A DNA stretch of 63,073 nt, filler included, from Basidiobolus ranarum (GCA_040143965.1; 17 parts of 17 records of this genome joined end to end with filler, not necessarily neighbours in it); one strand, 5' to 3'. Positions 12,798-26,059 are shown, counted from the whole stretch's first letter. Notes: a model not told the origin generated them from the letters alone. Numbers and translations are program-made.

Positions 12798-13130
12798 TCA
12801 GCTGTAACTATACTGAAGGAAACTCCAATTTAGACTACAGGACAAGTAGCTTATTCCAGGCCTATTCCCCCCGGTAACTTCTGAAATGGCACCTGAGGTA
12901 GTACCACTGCCACTTCCACTGAGTACCTTGACGCTAATGAGCTTGGCCTTCTTAGCTACACCATAACTGGCTCCTCCAACTGCTCCAGAGACGAGAGCTC
13001 CATAACCATGAAGATCATCAGTGGCCTCACCACCGATGAAACTAGCAGAAAGTACCTCTACCAATCTTGGCCTTCTAAACTCTCCTAGAGAATCCCAGAT
13101 GGCCCTAATGATGTAAACGTAGGAATCCAA
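12798..13130 (-). pseudogene. Proteinase K-like subtilisin (S8) fragment
   Basis: DDLHGYGALVSGAVGGASYGVAKKAKLISVKVLSGSGSGTTS resembles DGNGHGTHVAGTIGGxTYGVAKKAxLxAVKVL; catalytic His lost, no Ser region. Confidence 0.8.
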
Positions 13131-13319
13131 GTTCTTTAAAGCGGATTTTGTTAAGCCCTATACAACTATTATTTTAAAAGATTGTAGAATTCATAATAAA
13201 TAATTCGAATACAGCTTGATTTCGATGTACCAATATATCGTGGAGGTGTTTCCTTTAGATATAACACAGTGCAATCGTAAATTAAAATAGAAATTCCAAT
13301 AGGAAGTAGTCCTATCCAA

Positions 13320-13382
13320 GTGGTTACATGGATTGTAGGAGTGGTATCATGGATTGTAGGAGTGGTTACATGGATTGTAGGA
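13320..13382. repeat. 21-bp tandem repeat x3
   Basis: GTGGT(TA/AT)CATGGATTGTAGGA three times. Confidence 0.9.
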
Positions 13383-13719
13383 TTGTATGTCTGACCATGT
13401 ATAGAATCACTCAGCATGACCTTCTGAAATTACGATTAACTTATTTCACTAGATAACATGAAGAATTGAAAAATACTCTGGAAAAGACTCGCTTATTTGG
13501 CCTTCAACAAGTTATACAGGTTATTGCTTGTTCTCAAGAAGATTTCCACGCAGTTCATTAACAGACATCAGATAAGTAGGAAAATAGCAATTATCAAGCT
13601 TGTGTTGCCCCCATGACTCACAATGAACTTAGAAAACTCATGAGCACCTGTGTCAGCGAAACCGGTTTTCAATGCTCTGAGGAAAATAGTAAATGAAGGT
13701 TAGACTAGTAGAGAAATAG

Positions 13720-13803
13720 GTAGAGAAATAGGCATGGAAGGTTGGATATACACTTCTGGACGTAGAGAAATAGGCATGGAAGGTTGGATATACACTTCTG
13801 GAC
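13720..13803. repeat. Perfect 42-bp tandem duplication
   Basis: GTAGAGAAATAGGCATGGAAGGTTGGATATACACTTCTGGAC twice. Confidence 0.95.
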
Positions 13804-16800
13804 GTAGACAAAATACCATCTATTCTCAATTTACCTCATGTGGCTTTATATACGTTAGTAATAGGAAAACCGTGACTCAAGTATTCGGTACCCAAGATTC
13901 TTTTGGCTCATTAAACGATTGTAATGGCAGAGCACACCTCCATTGCTGTGTTATTTATAATATTGCTTGCTGTGCTCCAAAAACTCTCTGTAGTATGTTT
14001 AGCAGGAAAGAGGTGCATTGAATATAACACTCTTAGTATCAATGAAGATGCTCCATATAGAGCAATACTGTAGTAAGTCACTCTAATACTTCTATTGAAG
14101 GAAGTTGAAAGATGACTAAACCTAACATAGGCAAAATAGCCAATATGAGGATGGTATTTTATAGCAAGAAAGACACCAAAAATGGTGGTAAAGTAAAATG
14201 TAAGTGAAAACTCATGATTTATGGCAGTGGTGGTACTTTGCTAACACACAGTATCTTTAGCATGTAAGGATATAATAGGACATAATTTTGAGAAGAGATA
14301 GGCGACTAATTAAGGAATATTAGTACGCTGTAAATATCTCCATATTAAATTAGAGTTGTGATCGACATTCCAAGCCCCTCGAAGTAGAATATATGCACCT
14401 ATATTTTCGAGTTCATGCAACTATATTACTGACCATAATGTTCCAATTATATCAAAATGTGGTTCACTTTGATTTGTCTAAGGGTTTTATTAATGGTATA
14501 TTTAACGATTATTGCCCCAAAGTTCTCTTTTATCACTTCTAACCAAGTAGCTTGTCAGTTCCGGGTCTTTTAGGAGTCGTGACATAGGATCTTTAGTTAA
14601 CCTAACCATCACCTTCTGCTTTGGTTTTCCCACTAGGAAGTATCAACACCAATTCATCTGAAATGGAGGGCCCACGTGAAGCCTTGAAAGGCTCGCCACT
14701 CCCAAAATCGAATTCATGAAGTAGGTAGACCATTGAGATACTATGATATTGCAATCATGAATACTCTTTCGACTAACTGGAGCCTCTGAATTCACAAGNN
14801 NNNNNNNNNNNNNNNNNNNNNNNNNNNNNNNNNNNNNNNNNNTTAATTAATTAANNNNNNNNNNNNNNNNNNNNNNNNNNNNNNNNNNNNNNNNNNNNAT
14901 TCAAGGTTGTAGGCAGACCATGACTTACCAAATACTGAGCAAGAAACATGCTGAAAACAAACCGGCGAAGGGGAAATCATTGACAAAAATAAATAGAACA
15001 CCACTCTAAGCCAAGCTAAAATGGCCCTGTAGCAGCAATAGCTATATATTGCAGTTAATGTCCAGTGATTTAGTAGCTTTGAATGAAACATACAAAAAAG
15101 TACATCCTTACTTTCATGGAATCAGATAGGTGACTCTAATGTTTTAATTAAGTCTCTGACATAGAAACATCTTAAGAAATAAGAATCTAAAATTATCAGG
15201 TATCACGTTAATTTCAGGAACTTTTCTATCCGGATACAATGCTATCGTAGCTAATATCTCAATATCGAGTGAATTTAGCTTCTGTGGAGTATACACCAGT
15301 GGTATAGTTTTACAAATAATTAGTACAGTATAAAATTATGTATGTGAGAGGTTATTTTAAAGACAAATCAGTTTGTTGATGACATGTGTGTTCGAATTTA
15401 GCAGAGTGATTTGTAAGAAGAAGATCGATCAATTTGTTAAGAAGTGCATAGAGTATATATACGATTATTGAGTGACTCATGCGCATTTACACTTGATTCA
15501 ATTTGCATATAATCAGTCTTAATTGATTTCATTGAAGATGATCTAAGTTGACTCAATTCTCAACAATGTGTGGATATGATCAATTGATCCAGAAACGAGA
15601 TAGCTTAGTTAAAAAACCTCCTTCTGTTTGAATCGCTTCGCATATTTAGGTATGACCGCCCAAGCTAGTGTGAAGCCTCATATTAAGTAATCTAATCTAA
15701 TTTTTGTATGGACAGTGCCATGACCTCCCTATATTCCTATTGGATTAAGTACTACTGGACTAACTAAGTGTAGCTTAAATGTATGAAATAGTATGATATC
15801 AGAGAACTATATTACATCCATGGAAAAGTGCGTAAACATCCAGCAATGTATCTCCAAATGCCTAGTTGTATTATTAAGGAGTTATATGAAGTTACTAGCA
15901 GCATAGACTCCGAGATGAAAAATATCACTTGGTAAAATATATATTAGGTTCAAGATAGCCATTCTATCATTAACTAGCCTTAACTAGACAACTAGCTTTT
16001 TGCGGGTACGAAGCCTCTTGTCTTCAATAATAGAATAACAGGAACAATGAGAAAGTTTAAGCTAAAAAAATCATTTCCAATATCGCAGTAATTTCCTTAT
16101 TTAGATAAGCCTACATTGTGCCTTTTATTGGAATGTAAAAAAGGGGGCAACTGCCGCTTTCAATAGAATGAGTTGAGTCATTCGTTTTAGAATAAAAATC
16201 ACTCCACACTTCGCTAGGACACAGTCTAGTTGAAGAAGATTCTCAACCTTCATGGATACGAGTTATCTTCCATAAGAATCAGTTATAACTTTGAAATCAA
16301 TTGCCGTGCGTTAACACCTTCTTCAGTATAATCAACAAGAGAGAGGATACATAGGGGTTTTCAGTTATTATATCCGTTAAGAGCCATGTTATTTACAGAG
16401 AATTTCTACAACAATTTTTCAACAACCCTCCTATCAAGGCCTATAACATTGGAGAGCTACCTTGGATATTTAGGTCAACCTGCACTCATTTTACCATGTC
16501 TAACAGTCACGACTGAATACTTATTCTAATATATCTTATTATTGCACTTCAACTGAATTATACGAGGTAGAATATGTATATACATATAAATATAGAGTGT
16601 GTAGTGATGGTATTTTATCCAGTGTTTCACGGGTCTGTGTACTCAAACAAATGCAAATTATTCAATTTCGAATGTGCCAACGGAAACCAAATCGGATTTA
16701 CCAGTCACATTATCAATTTACATTAATAGCCATCTGTATATTGAATTCCTATTACTATTTATCTCCTATAACTCAAGATAAGCTAAGATTTACAACAAAG

Positions 16801-18619
16801 CGCGTATGGCAATTTCTATTCGGATCTCAATTCCTAGTTACTTTAGTAGTACAAATGCTTAAATTTCCACATAAATATCAGTTTGTTATAAATGCTAAGA
16901 TGGAAGGGACAAATAGCATCAAGCCAAAGGTGTGAAAGAGTAAACCACAAGCAATATGAAAACCACATATCCTGACCACCTTCCTCTTTAGAAAGTAATG
17001 AAAACTGGAGAAAGAAATAGCTTTAGCAGTATATCGATCATATATATGTTGCAATCAATCCATGGAACCAGGAAGAAAATGGTGCAGAGTGAAACTAGAG
17101 GAGAAAAAAACGAAATAACAAAAATCTCAACAAAAGCAGATAAATGATTCAACTGCACCAATCAGATGGGTGACATACTGCAACTTGAAACCTACTTTCT
17201 AAGACAGTGTCCAATTATACATATATTTCAGGAGCTCCCCCTGCTGAAAAAAATCAAGACAATGTTGCAAATAATGCCTATTTTTAAAAAATCAAGATCA
17301 ATGACCAGATCATGGCTCCGAGTTGATCCACAATAGGTTAAACTAAATTCGCATGGTAAGACAGTTTCACCCAAGCCCTAGGATGGAGGAGTGGATGAAG
17401 TTGGTATGGTACTCTACTCGCTGAACCAAGGCAAGTACCAATAGCAGACATGCTGCGCAGAGTGATTGCGGAAAACTCTGGTCGATAGCCCTAGCTGCTA
17501 GAGTTGAATGGATATGAAACATATATCTGTTGAGCGAAACGCGACTGAGCAGTTAAATCTCAAAGTAGCAACCAGCACTATCCCTTCGTTTTCTTCCCCG
17601 ATCTCATACTTATCGGATAACCGGTTAATGATAGAATAGTATTGATCTATCACTATACCAATACACTATGCTTTAGGACTGGTATACCAACCCTCTTTAT
17701 CTCATTCGGGGATCTTCTTTGGATCATCAGGTTAAGAAAACTTGGGCTTAGTTAAGGTTTATAGAACCCAGGCTTAGGCAACTCCAAAATTGGTAAGCCA
17801 GTTGTAGGTATATATAGGCCCGCATGGACCAAGGTCCAAGCTTAATACCGAAAGTTCACATGGATTTTTCCATGTACTTTTTCATGATATATGGGTAGCC
17901 AATAGAGCACAACGCAAAGCAACAGCCACAACATTAACCCTAAGCCTGATCAATGTTCAGTTTACAACCTACTCCTATATGACCTTATTCCAGGTGCGGA
18001 GTCAGTTATCTATCCTAATGGGCAATTAGCTCGAGTTTGTTCTACAATTGAGTACTAGGATATGGCCTGACAGGTGCAGTATTACAGATGAAAAATGTTT
18101 CAGCTAATGTAAATAAGGTTCTTGTCACTCAGAATAGAGCAAAAATCTCATTTTCCTTTGAAAAGTCTTTGTTATTGCTGAGTATTCATTATATTTGATG
18201 CGAGTATTATAGTGATGCGGTGCTACAGAATGTAGGTACCCCTAATCCATGAAAGGTGAATATGAATTTGAGAGTGATAGGGTCATTCTCAAACTCAACC
18301 CACATCTAATTCATGATCAGCATTTGTGGGTAAAACCTTTGCTAATGGTTTTTTTACCTAAATGGTAATACCCATGTGGTAATCATATGGACAGGAATCG
18401 GTTTTATGGCTGTAGCTCCATTCGCGATAGATCGCACCCTTCATCGTGTTATTGTTGGATTTAATACAGTATAGTAGTTCAAGAAATGAATCGGCGTGGA
18501 AGAAAACAGCAGAAAGGAGNNNNNNNNNNNNNNNNNNNNNNNNNNNNNNNNNNNNNNNNNNNNTTAATTAATTAANNNNNNNNNNNNNNNNNNNNNNNNN
18601 NNNNNNNNNNNNNNNNNNN

Positions 18620-19517
18620 AAGGTAAAGGCAAGCAAGAAGCCACACAAACACTGCAAAGCACCCTCAGTAGTGTCACACTACAGAATGTACAAAAATAGT
18701 CAAAGTGCTTGAGGAGTATTTTCAAAAGTATGAAGGGAAAAACTCAGTGCAAGTATGCAGAAAGTGGCTTCTGAAGAAGAACATTCAACTTGATGTTCAG
18801 ACTGGTGTTGATGATGCAGATATCTGGGAAGAACTTAATACAGAGTGGCACAATATTGCAGGGTATCAACCAGATAGCTGGAAGAATGTTGATTCTGCAA
18901 CATTGATACAATGGTTGGCTTTGATGGAGATATTGACACAAACTCATGTTGGGTATGAGCTAAAACTTGGGTATGAAGAACTCTATAAAGATATTCAGGA
19001 GAATATATCAAACAGACTGGGGATTTCAAAGGTGACAAATTAGTATTCAAGTGGTAAATGTGTAAAATTTTAGTTATGTTTTTTGCACATGTGCTGATCC
19101 ATAGTTCTCCAAGATCTTAGCCAATCATGTGCAACTATTTTGCGAGATCTTAAAATTTCACTCCTGAAACTGAAAACAGTGATTAAAATCAAATCTAACT
19201 TGACAATTTTATGATGGTAAGTAAACAGTCAATCCCAAATGGATTAAAATTGTGACAGTGTACCTACAATAACAATCCTCAAATTTCTCTTAGGGTATTG
19301 ATGGATTGCATTCTGCCAGGGATGTTGATGATGAGATGGTAGATGCTTAATGGTAGTCATACATGGTAAGATTTTGATCCTCATATTTGGCATGTTATTT
19401 AATTTCCATCAGTTTTTGTAAAAAATAATTTTCAAAGGACAAATTATTATGTTTACTGCTACAGAATTTGAATTAATATGAATGCCTTTATTTAGATATT
19501 TTAGACTTTGTATACCA
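18620..19517. repeat. Unidentified coding repeat family R: 18620-19290 on +, about 19295-19517 on -
   Basis: Homologous to 19966-20940, 58635-58965 and 61583-63073; includes ORF 18705-19043. Confidence 0.8.
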
Positions 19518-19965
19518 GTCAAGACAAGACTGGTCAGGGAAGATACTTTGGCAAGAATCTTCATTGATAACTGGCATTGATTAGACCTAAATCTGATCAA
19601 ATAAAACATGGAGTTTATATTGATGTTACAGAGTAAAACATGTTATACCAAAAAGGAAATAGGCAGTGTCAAGTTTAAGTGAAGGGGTGTTGGGGAACAC
19701 AAGGACCAATACAAGAAGCAATGATGTAAGGATGATCAGGTGACTTTTCAAAGAATATCTTGGAGGATGTACACTATGTGTGGGATGACATGTTTGGTTA
19801 GATTTCATGGAATGTTCCAAAGAACATGACTTCCATATAAGGTGACTTAGATGCACTAACACAAGATTATCAAGAAAGGATGGCACAGCAGGTATGATGT
19901 CATAATATAGTAACAGAAGAGTTTGTTTTGCTGTGAATGAGTATGCTGAGATCAGAATCATGACA
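19518..19965 (-). repeat. LTR family D, inverted and truncated
   Basis: Reverse complement of about 21318-21765; ends ...GAATCATGACA. Confidence 0.85.
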
Positions 19966-20940
19966 GAATAGATTATGGCCTGCCTAAAACAATTATACCA
20001 TGAATCTCATTCAATCTCACCAAGAAGTCTGTCTTGAAGCTTTCCTAAAAATACCATTAGATTTTCACACAAACAAACTAGTCCAAATTATAGAAGTACT
20101 TACTCTCAGTCCATGGATTGGGTTTTGTTGCTGTTATTGTGCTCAAACAATGTGAAAAACTCATGAGCATATTGAAAAGAGCCCTTTGTTGGAAGGTTAA
20201 GAGCTCTGGAGTCTGCTTAACCCATTGCATTACATCCATCACTGATTTTCCTGATATATTCCATCACAAAAATTGGAGTATGGTTATTGTAGGAAAAGTC
20301 TCACAATTTTAATCAATTTAGGATTAACCACTTACTTACCATCATAAAATTGTCAAGTTAGATTTGATTTTAATCAATTTTTTCAGTTTCAAGATTGAAA
20401 TTTCAAGATCTTGCAAAATTGTTGCACATGATTGGCTACAAGCGCAGAAAACTATGGTGCACACATGGGCAGAAAACATAACTCAAATTTTACATATTCA
20501 TTACTTCAATGCAAATTGGTCACCTGTGAAATCCTGAGTTTTGTGGATGTATTCTCCATAATATTTTTATAGAGTTCTCAATGCCCCAGGTTTAACCAAT
20601 ATCCAACACAAGTTCAGATCAATATCTTCATCAAAGCCCACTATTGTATCAACATTACAAAATCAATATCCTTTCAGCTGTCTGGTCAATACACTGCAAT
20701 ATTGTGCCACTCTGTATAAAGTTTTTCCCAGATATCTGCATGATCAACACCAGACTGAGTGTCAAGTTGAATATTCTTCTTCTGAAGCCACTTTCTGCAT
20801 ACTTGCACTATATTCTTCCATTCATAATTTTGAAAATACTTCTCAAGCACTTTTAATATTTTTTACATCTCTGTAGTGTGACAATACTGAGAGTGCTTTG
20901 CAGTGTTTGTGCAGCTTTTTGCTTGCCTTTAAATTTGGGG
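19966..20940 (-). repeat. Family R fragment, inverted relative to the 18620 copy
   Basis: Reverse-complement match to 18620-19290, continuing into WNISGKSVMDVMQWVKQTPELLTFQQRALF and, after a putative intron, KLQDRLLGEI. Confidence 0.8.
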
Positions 20941-21317
20941 CTAATTCCAACACTTTGAAAGATACCAGCTCAGGTTAGAGAGCAGTGTAGTGGGGCAGCA
21001 TTGCTACCCATTGGCAGGTTGACTTATTTCCACTCCAAGCTCATATCAGTACTATTGCACAGCTTCTATTTTATTATCTGTTTTTGACGTACCCATATTT
21101 TCTAGACAATCATATCACACCATTTATAATATCCCCTATTATTTCAGATTTATCAATATTAACCTACATTAGCCCTGTTATTTTCTGGAAAATTATACAA
21201 TCTTCTGGAACATTCCATAAGATTCCTGGAATATTTCATGATTGATTGAGTTTTGACCAATCAAACCTGATTTTGCTGGAACATTCCATAACTTTCTGGA
21301 TTACTCTACAATCTTCC

Positions 21318-21842
21318 TGTCATGATTCTGATCTTGGCACACTGATTCACTACAAATAGAACTCCTCTATTATTAGATTATGACATCATATCTGCTGTGC
21401 CATCCCTTCTTGGCAATCTGGTGTCAGTTCATCCAGATTACCTTATATGGAAATCATGTTCTTTGGAACATTCCATGAAATCTAACCAAACATGTCATCC
21501 CACACATAGTGTATTTCTGCCAAGACCTTCCATGGAAGGTCACCTGATCATCCTTACATCATCCCTCTTTGTATTGGTTCTTGTAGTCCCCAACACCCTA
21601 ACTCTCGAACTTGCCACAGCATATTTCCTATTCAGTATATTATGTTCCATCTTGCAATATCTATATAAGCCCTATGTATTCCTTGATCAGATCTCAGTCT
21701 GATCAATGGCAGTTATCAATAAAGATTCTTGCCAAAGTATCTTCCTTGTCCAGTCTTGTCTTGTGGTCTACACCCAAGTACTCTCCTACCTTCTAGCCTC
21801 TTGTCATTGTTTCCAGTCCTTGTCCAGGTCCTTATTGTGACA
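21318..21842 (+). repeat. Full LTR family D (525 bp)
   Basis: TGTCA...TGACA inverted termini; three copies in the window; no TSD seen. Confidence 0.85.
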
Positions 21843-22239
21843 TTATCAGCAAACTAATGGTGGAAAAATTGCAAAACATCTGAAATTTTGAATAGCACTG
21901 ACACTTGGCAAATAGTTGACTGTTGTTATTGTTAACAATGAGAATAAGCTCTTGGATTTTGCCAAAAATTTCCTTAAAGAATTCAGCCAATGTATCCCCA
22001 ACTTGCCATCAACAAATGTCCTGCCACAAGTAGGTGTGTCATTGCTTGAATAGAATACCCTATGGCTAAAACAATAATCCTGCATATCTCAATCTATATC
22101 ACCAATAAGTCTGTGTTGCAGCTTTCCAACTGACACCATCAAATAATCAAACAAACAAGTTAGTCTGAATTATGGATGTACTTACTCTGTGTCCAAGGAT
22201 TGGGCTTTGTTGCTGTTATTGTGCTCAAAGAATGCACAA
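21843..22239 (-). repeat. Family R fragment
   Basis: Homologous to about 62535-62930; ORF 21846-22085 aligns with ORF 62580-62843. Confidence 0.8.
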
Positions 22240-22339
22240 NNNNNNNNNNNNNNNNNNNNNNNNNNNNNNNNNNNNNNNNNNNNTTAATTAATTAANNNNN
22301 NNNNNNNNNNNNNNNNNNNNNNNNNNNNNNNNNNNNNNN

Positions 22340-22450
22340 CTAAGTAAATTCCAATTGAGAATAATTGATAATATCTTAGTGAGTTATAAGATAACTAAGT
22401 ACTAAGCTATATATGACTATATAGGTGTTTAGGCAATGCTAATTTCAACA
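22340..22450 (-). repeat. LTR-A terminal fragment
   Basis: Matches about 1210-1319, ends AATTTCAACA. Confidence 0.9.
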
Positions 22451-23704
22451 GTGTGTCTCATTACTCTCAATATCTGTCATAGATTAAAACACAAACTCCT
22501 GAAAATCTCACAATTGATTTACTCATACACTAAATAAGCCACCATATTTTGTTAAGATAAAGCAACTCAAACAGTCTCACAAATTGTCTCCAAGTAACAA
22601 CATCTCTGCTTGTCATGAAGCCATTCTTTGAAAAGGACAAAATGCTAGCAAATGTGCAACCAGGTGTCTCACTATATGTTACCAGTACAGGAGCACAAAG
22701 CACATCACAACAGCAATAGAAAACATGATAAAAAATGAAGTAAATATTCAATAGTTGTGCTTCATAAAGTGAACACGTTTTTGCTAAATGTACATGCTTC
22801 TGAATGCATAGTGATTGTAGCAAAATATAAAGGGAAACCTGTAGATGTCAAACTTGTATCTTTAAATAGTCAATCTCATATCCTCAAGCTTGATGTTTGA
22901 TACTGAATATTTCAATATTACAGTTAGTATCAATAAGTATATACATACATAGAATTAACAAAATAGATGACTCCATGTGTCAAAAACCAAAAACCTCCAA
23001 ACTTTCATAATTCAAACCATATTACCAAAAGAAACTGGGAGATCTGTAAGCACATTTTTGAATACATATATATAAGCTCAAACAACATGAGTCAAAATCC
23101 AATAATATAATGCGGATGACTAAAAAATGAAAAGCTTTATAGTATAGCAATAGTTAAAAAGTAAGAGAACTTATCAAGCAAATCATACATATTGGGAGTT
23201 CAATAGGGGATAGTCCGCAAGCAGTTCTTCCTAATCGCTAGCTCTGAAAACTATCTTGAGTATAATAAGCAAGCAACCAAAGTATCTATGATGGATCTTT
23301 GCACCCAATTACTCAGCGCCCAGAGGCAACTGCACAGGGTAGAGTAGGAGGATTACAGAGGTATTATACCAGTATTTCTCCATCTACATTGCTGAATACA
23401 CTTTTTTCTTACTTTAGCTTAGCTCACTCCAAGGGAGAGGCCTACAGTCAATCATATGATACCAATAACAAAAGTAAAAAAGTTAGATTTGTAACTCCGG
23501 GACAACGATTAACGATGACAGGACTACGTTCAAGTCTTATGTGCCACCAGGTGGTGGTAAACTAGGAGCAGATCAGTATGAGGAAGAGCCCAGTTTTTTT
23601 ACGAATAAGTTGGTTTTTTTTTCAGTATTAAGCAAAAACTGATTCAGTTCAGTATCCAACCACTACACACAATTTCATCGCTCTCCACATCTTGACGAAA
23701 TATT

Positions 23705-24392
23705 TGTTAGCAGGGCTGTCAAGAGGACTGTTATTTCAATGATTTGAAGAAGGGAAAATTAACGGATACTTCAATGTTGTTATTGAGCAAATCATGCAGA
23801 ATACCATTGAGATGTGAACAGCCCACCTAGGATACCAAAATGGCTTTATCCTCCAGCCTATACTACTTTCGAATAGAATTTGTGTAGAAGGAAACTTCTT
23901 CCGCTTAGGAGACTCATCTATAGAAGCTGTACAGAAAGTTAATTTACTTTAACCAATGGTTATAAGCATTTATTGGTTAGGTTGCTTCCATATAGATATA
24001 AGCCAGAAAGTGTCAAATAATTCGAATTACTCACGGTAAGGCCTGAGCTTTATAATCGACTTGCCAAAAAACTTTTTATTATTTACCTTTTTATATTATT
24101 CGATTGGACAGCCATCAGAATCATGTAACATCTAACGATTCGAGCACTTGCAACACATTGTATGCTATTGGAGTTTGCCAATCCAGAACTATGATCAATT
24201 TGTCTCGTTACAAGTAATAGGATCAGGTGTGCCCATATTCTTTGTCCATCCGGGTGTAAGCAAAGTCCTTATCCTTGTAAACTTGGCCAAGTGTTTTGTG
24301 GATGAACATCCATTCTGCGCATTGAGGGCCTGAGTCAATGAAAGAAATTGGTAAAACTCAACCGGAAGGGCCCTACGCTGTAGCTAGATATT
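23705..24392 (+). pseudogene. NRPS-like (A-T-TE type) remnant, copy 2: A-domain end, T domain, TE start
   Basis: LSRGLLFQ*FEEG, NFFRLGDSSIE (carrier-protein motif FFxLGGxS), VPIFFVHPGVSKVLILVNLAK; donor site in the same position as copy 1; multiple stops. Confidence 0.8.
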
Positions 24393-25269
24393 TTTATTGG
24401 TTAAACGTTCATCTTAAGGGATGAGATGGGTTCTCTCGAACGGCTAACAATTATATCAACATCAACAGTACCCATTGCACACTGACGAATCATTCCGAAG
24501 TAACTCAAGGCAGATCAAAGTCAATCAGGAATCTGAGCTTTTTATCTACTTTTTATATGCGCATCTCATTTTACAAAAACTTTAGAATAGAACACAAAGC
24601 ATCAAACTAAACATATTCATGCGGACACTTAGTAGTAAACAACAATAGAGTCTTCTACGCAGCCCATGAAGAACTTCAGTATGCGTGCTCACTGATAGTG
24701 GTTGCTAGCATATACTCAATTAAATAAAAAAAGTGTGTTCAGGGATGACATTTGGTATGCACAATATGTTAACCTTTTCCCACAACCAATCATAGCATAT
24801 TCCATTTTTTAATTCATGATTCCAATTTTTTGACGCAGTGCAACACAGGGGACAGCAGCAATTAGACGAAAACCTCTATTCAAGATCATTGCAGTTAGTA
24901 CTATCATGTGAAAAAAGAAAAACTAGGGATTTGCCCTTACATTCATCTCCTTCAGTCAAAAAGATACATTAACTGCCAGTCCCTATACACGCAGATAAGT
25001 GGACTTGATGCTGCAGTAAGGGCAAGAACACAGAGTGGTCGTGCTATCAATGATGCGGAAGCAGTAAATCCTGCTCTATCATGATTCGTTTGATTCCGTG
25101 GCTTGACCATTACTCTGTTGTATTATATCGAATGCATGACAAATTTATGCAAGGTGACAGATTATATGTTTAACTTCATTGATGTATGTTTGAACGAATG
25201 TGACTTCTATGGAATTTGGGCAATGCTTCAATTTATTATGAGAAAATGAGAGCTCTACTGTAATTCTAA

Positions 25270-25866
25270 CTATGTTGCTTTTTTCCAAATGTTTATGCTA
25301 AAAGAGAAATTGGGAGGTAAAATACGAGAGGCTCTAGAGATGAATGAATCTTCTTGTAAGATCCCCCAGTGTAGAGAGTCTCTTTTAATAATACCGTATG
25401 CACTGGACTCTTTAATTGAGCAACCGCCCTTGGTTTGACCTTCCTCAAATGCGTCACAAGAAAATTCTTTGGATTGCGACAATCTCCACATAAGAGGGCC
25501 ATCACCACCCATTCTTCCCCAGTGTTGTGTACATGTTGTAGAATTTCCTTCTTCTGGATATTTTTCCATCACTGACGGACAACTTGTTAGCATGCAGTGG
25601 CGAAATTGCTCTTCACATAGCAACTTTGTTGCTCCACAGGTCTGATAGCACTTTTCTTTGAGTTCACAGCATGGAACGTATATTCCACCATAAGAGGCGC
25701 GTATTTTACTACAACCTACGTCTTCTAGATATTCTACAGGGGAATTACTTGGACATACCAGAGGTGGCATTGAGTTAATCGGCGGTTTTTGTTCCCACTG
25801 ACTAGAGACGAATTGAGACATACTTGCTTTTGCAAGAGTCAGTACCAAAAGACTTGAGATCAGCAT
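25270..25866 (-). CDS. Secreted cysteine-rich group XII-like phospholipase A2 homologue, catalytic HD absent
   Basis: Signal peptide; GC...PCCELKEKCYQTCGATKLLCEEQFRHCMLTSC follows the CCxxHDxCYxTCGxxKxxCDxxFxxC pattern; open 198-aa ORF. Confidence 0.75.
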   Translation of the reverse strand: MLISSLLVLTLAKASMSQFVSSQWEQKPPINSMPPLVCPSNSPVEYLEDVGCSKIRASYGGIYVPCCELKEKCYQTCGATKLLCEEQFRHCMLTSCPSVMEKYPEEGNSTTCTQHWGRMGGDGPLMWRLSQSKEFSCDAFEEGQTKGGCSIKESSAYGIIKRDSLHWGILQEDSFISRASRILPPNFSFSINIWKKAT

Positions 25867-26059
25867 TGCTTCTTATTGTATAATAGAGTTCTACTCGACA
25901 GAAGTGGGCTTTATATTAACCTGCCCCGATTATTTGCATAATCACATCGAAAGAATAGGNNNNNNNNNNNNNNNNNNNNNNNNNNNNNNNNNNNNNNNNN
26001 NNNTTAATTAATTAANNNNNNNNNNNNNNNNNNNNNNNNNNNNNNNNNNNNNNNNNNNN

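Noticed and set aside
13320-13393. The 21-bp repeat reads VVTWIVGVVSWIVGVVTWIVG on +, reminiscent of a borosin/RiPP core peptide
   Set aside because: There is an in-frame stop shortly upstream, no start codon, and no leader or methyltransferase domain; it is most simply a minisatellite.
13720-14021. ORF with repeated MEGWIYTSGRR as a KEX2-processed repeat peptide precursor
   Set aside because: It comes from one perfect 42-bp duplication, has no signal peptide, and the rest of the ORF is not protein-like.
14899-18519. ORF 16597-16935 and other short frames in contig 5
   Set aside because: No recognisable motif or consistent exon structure; treated as intergenic or unidentifiable relic.
19626-21702. 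Similar ORFs 19626-19961 and 21397-21702 as a duplicated gene
   Set aside because: Both lie inside LTR-D copies; the similarity reflects the LTR sequence.
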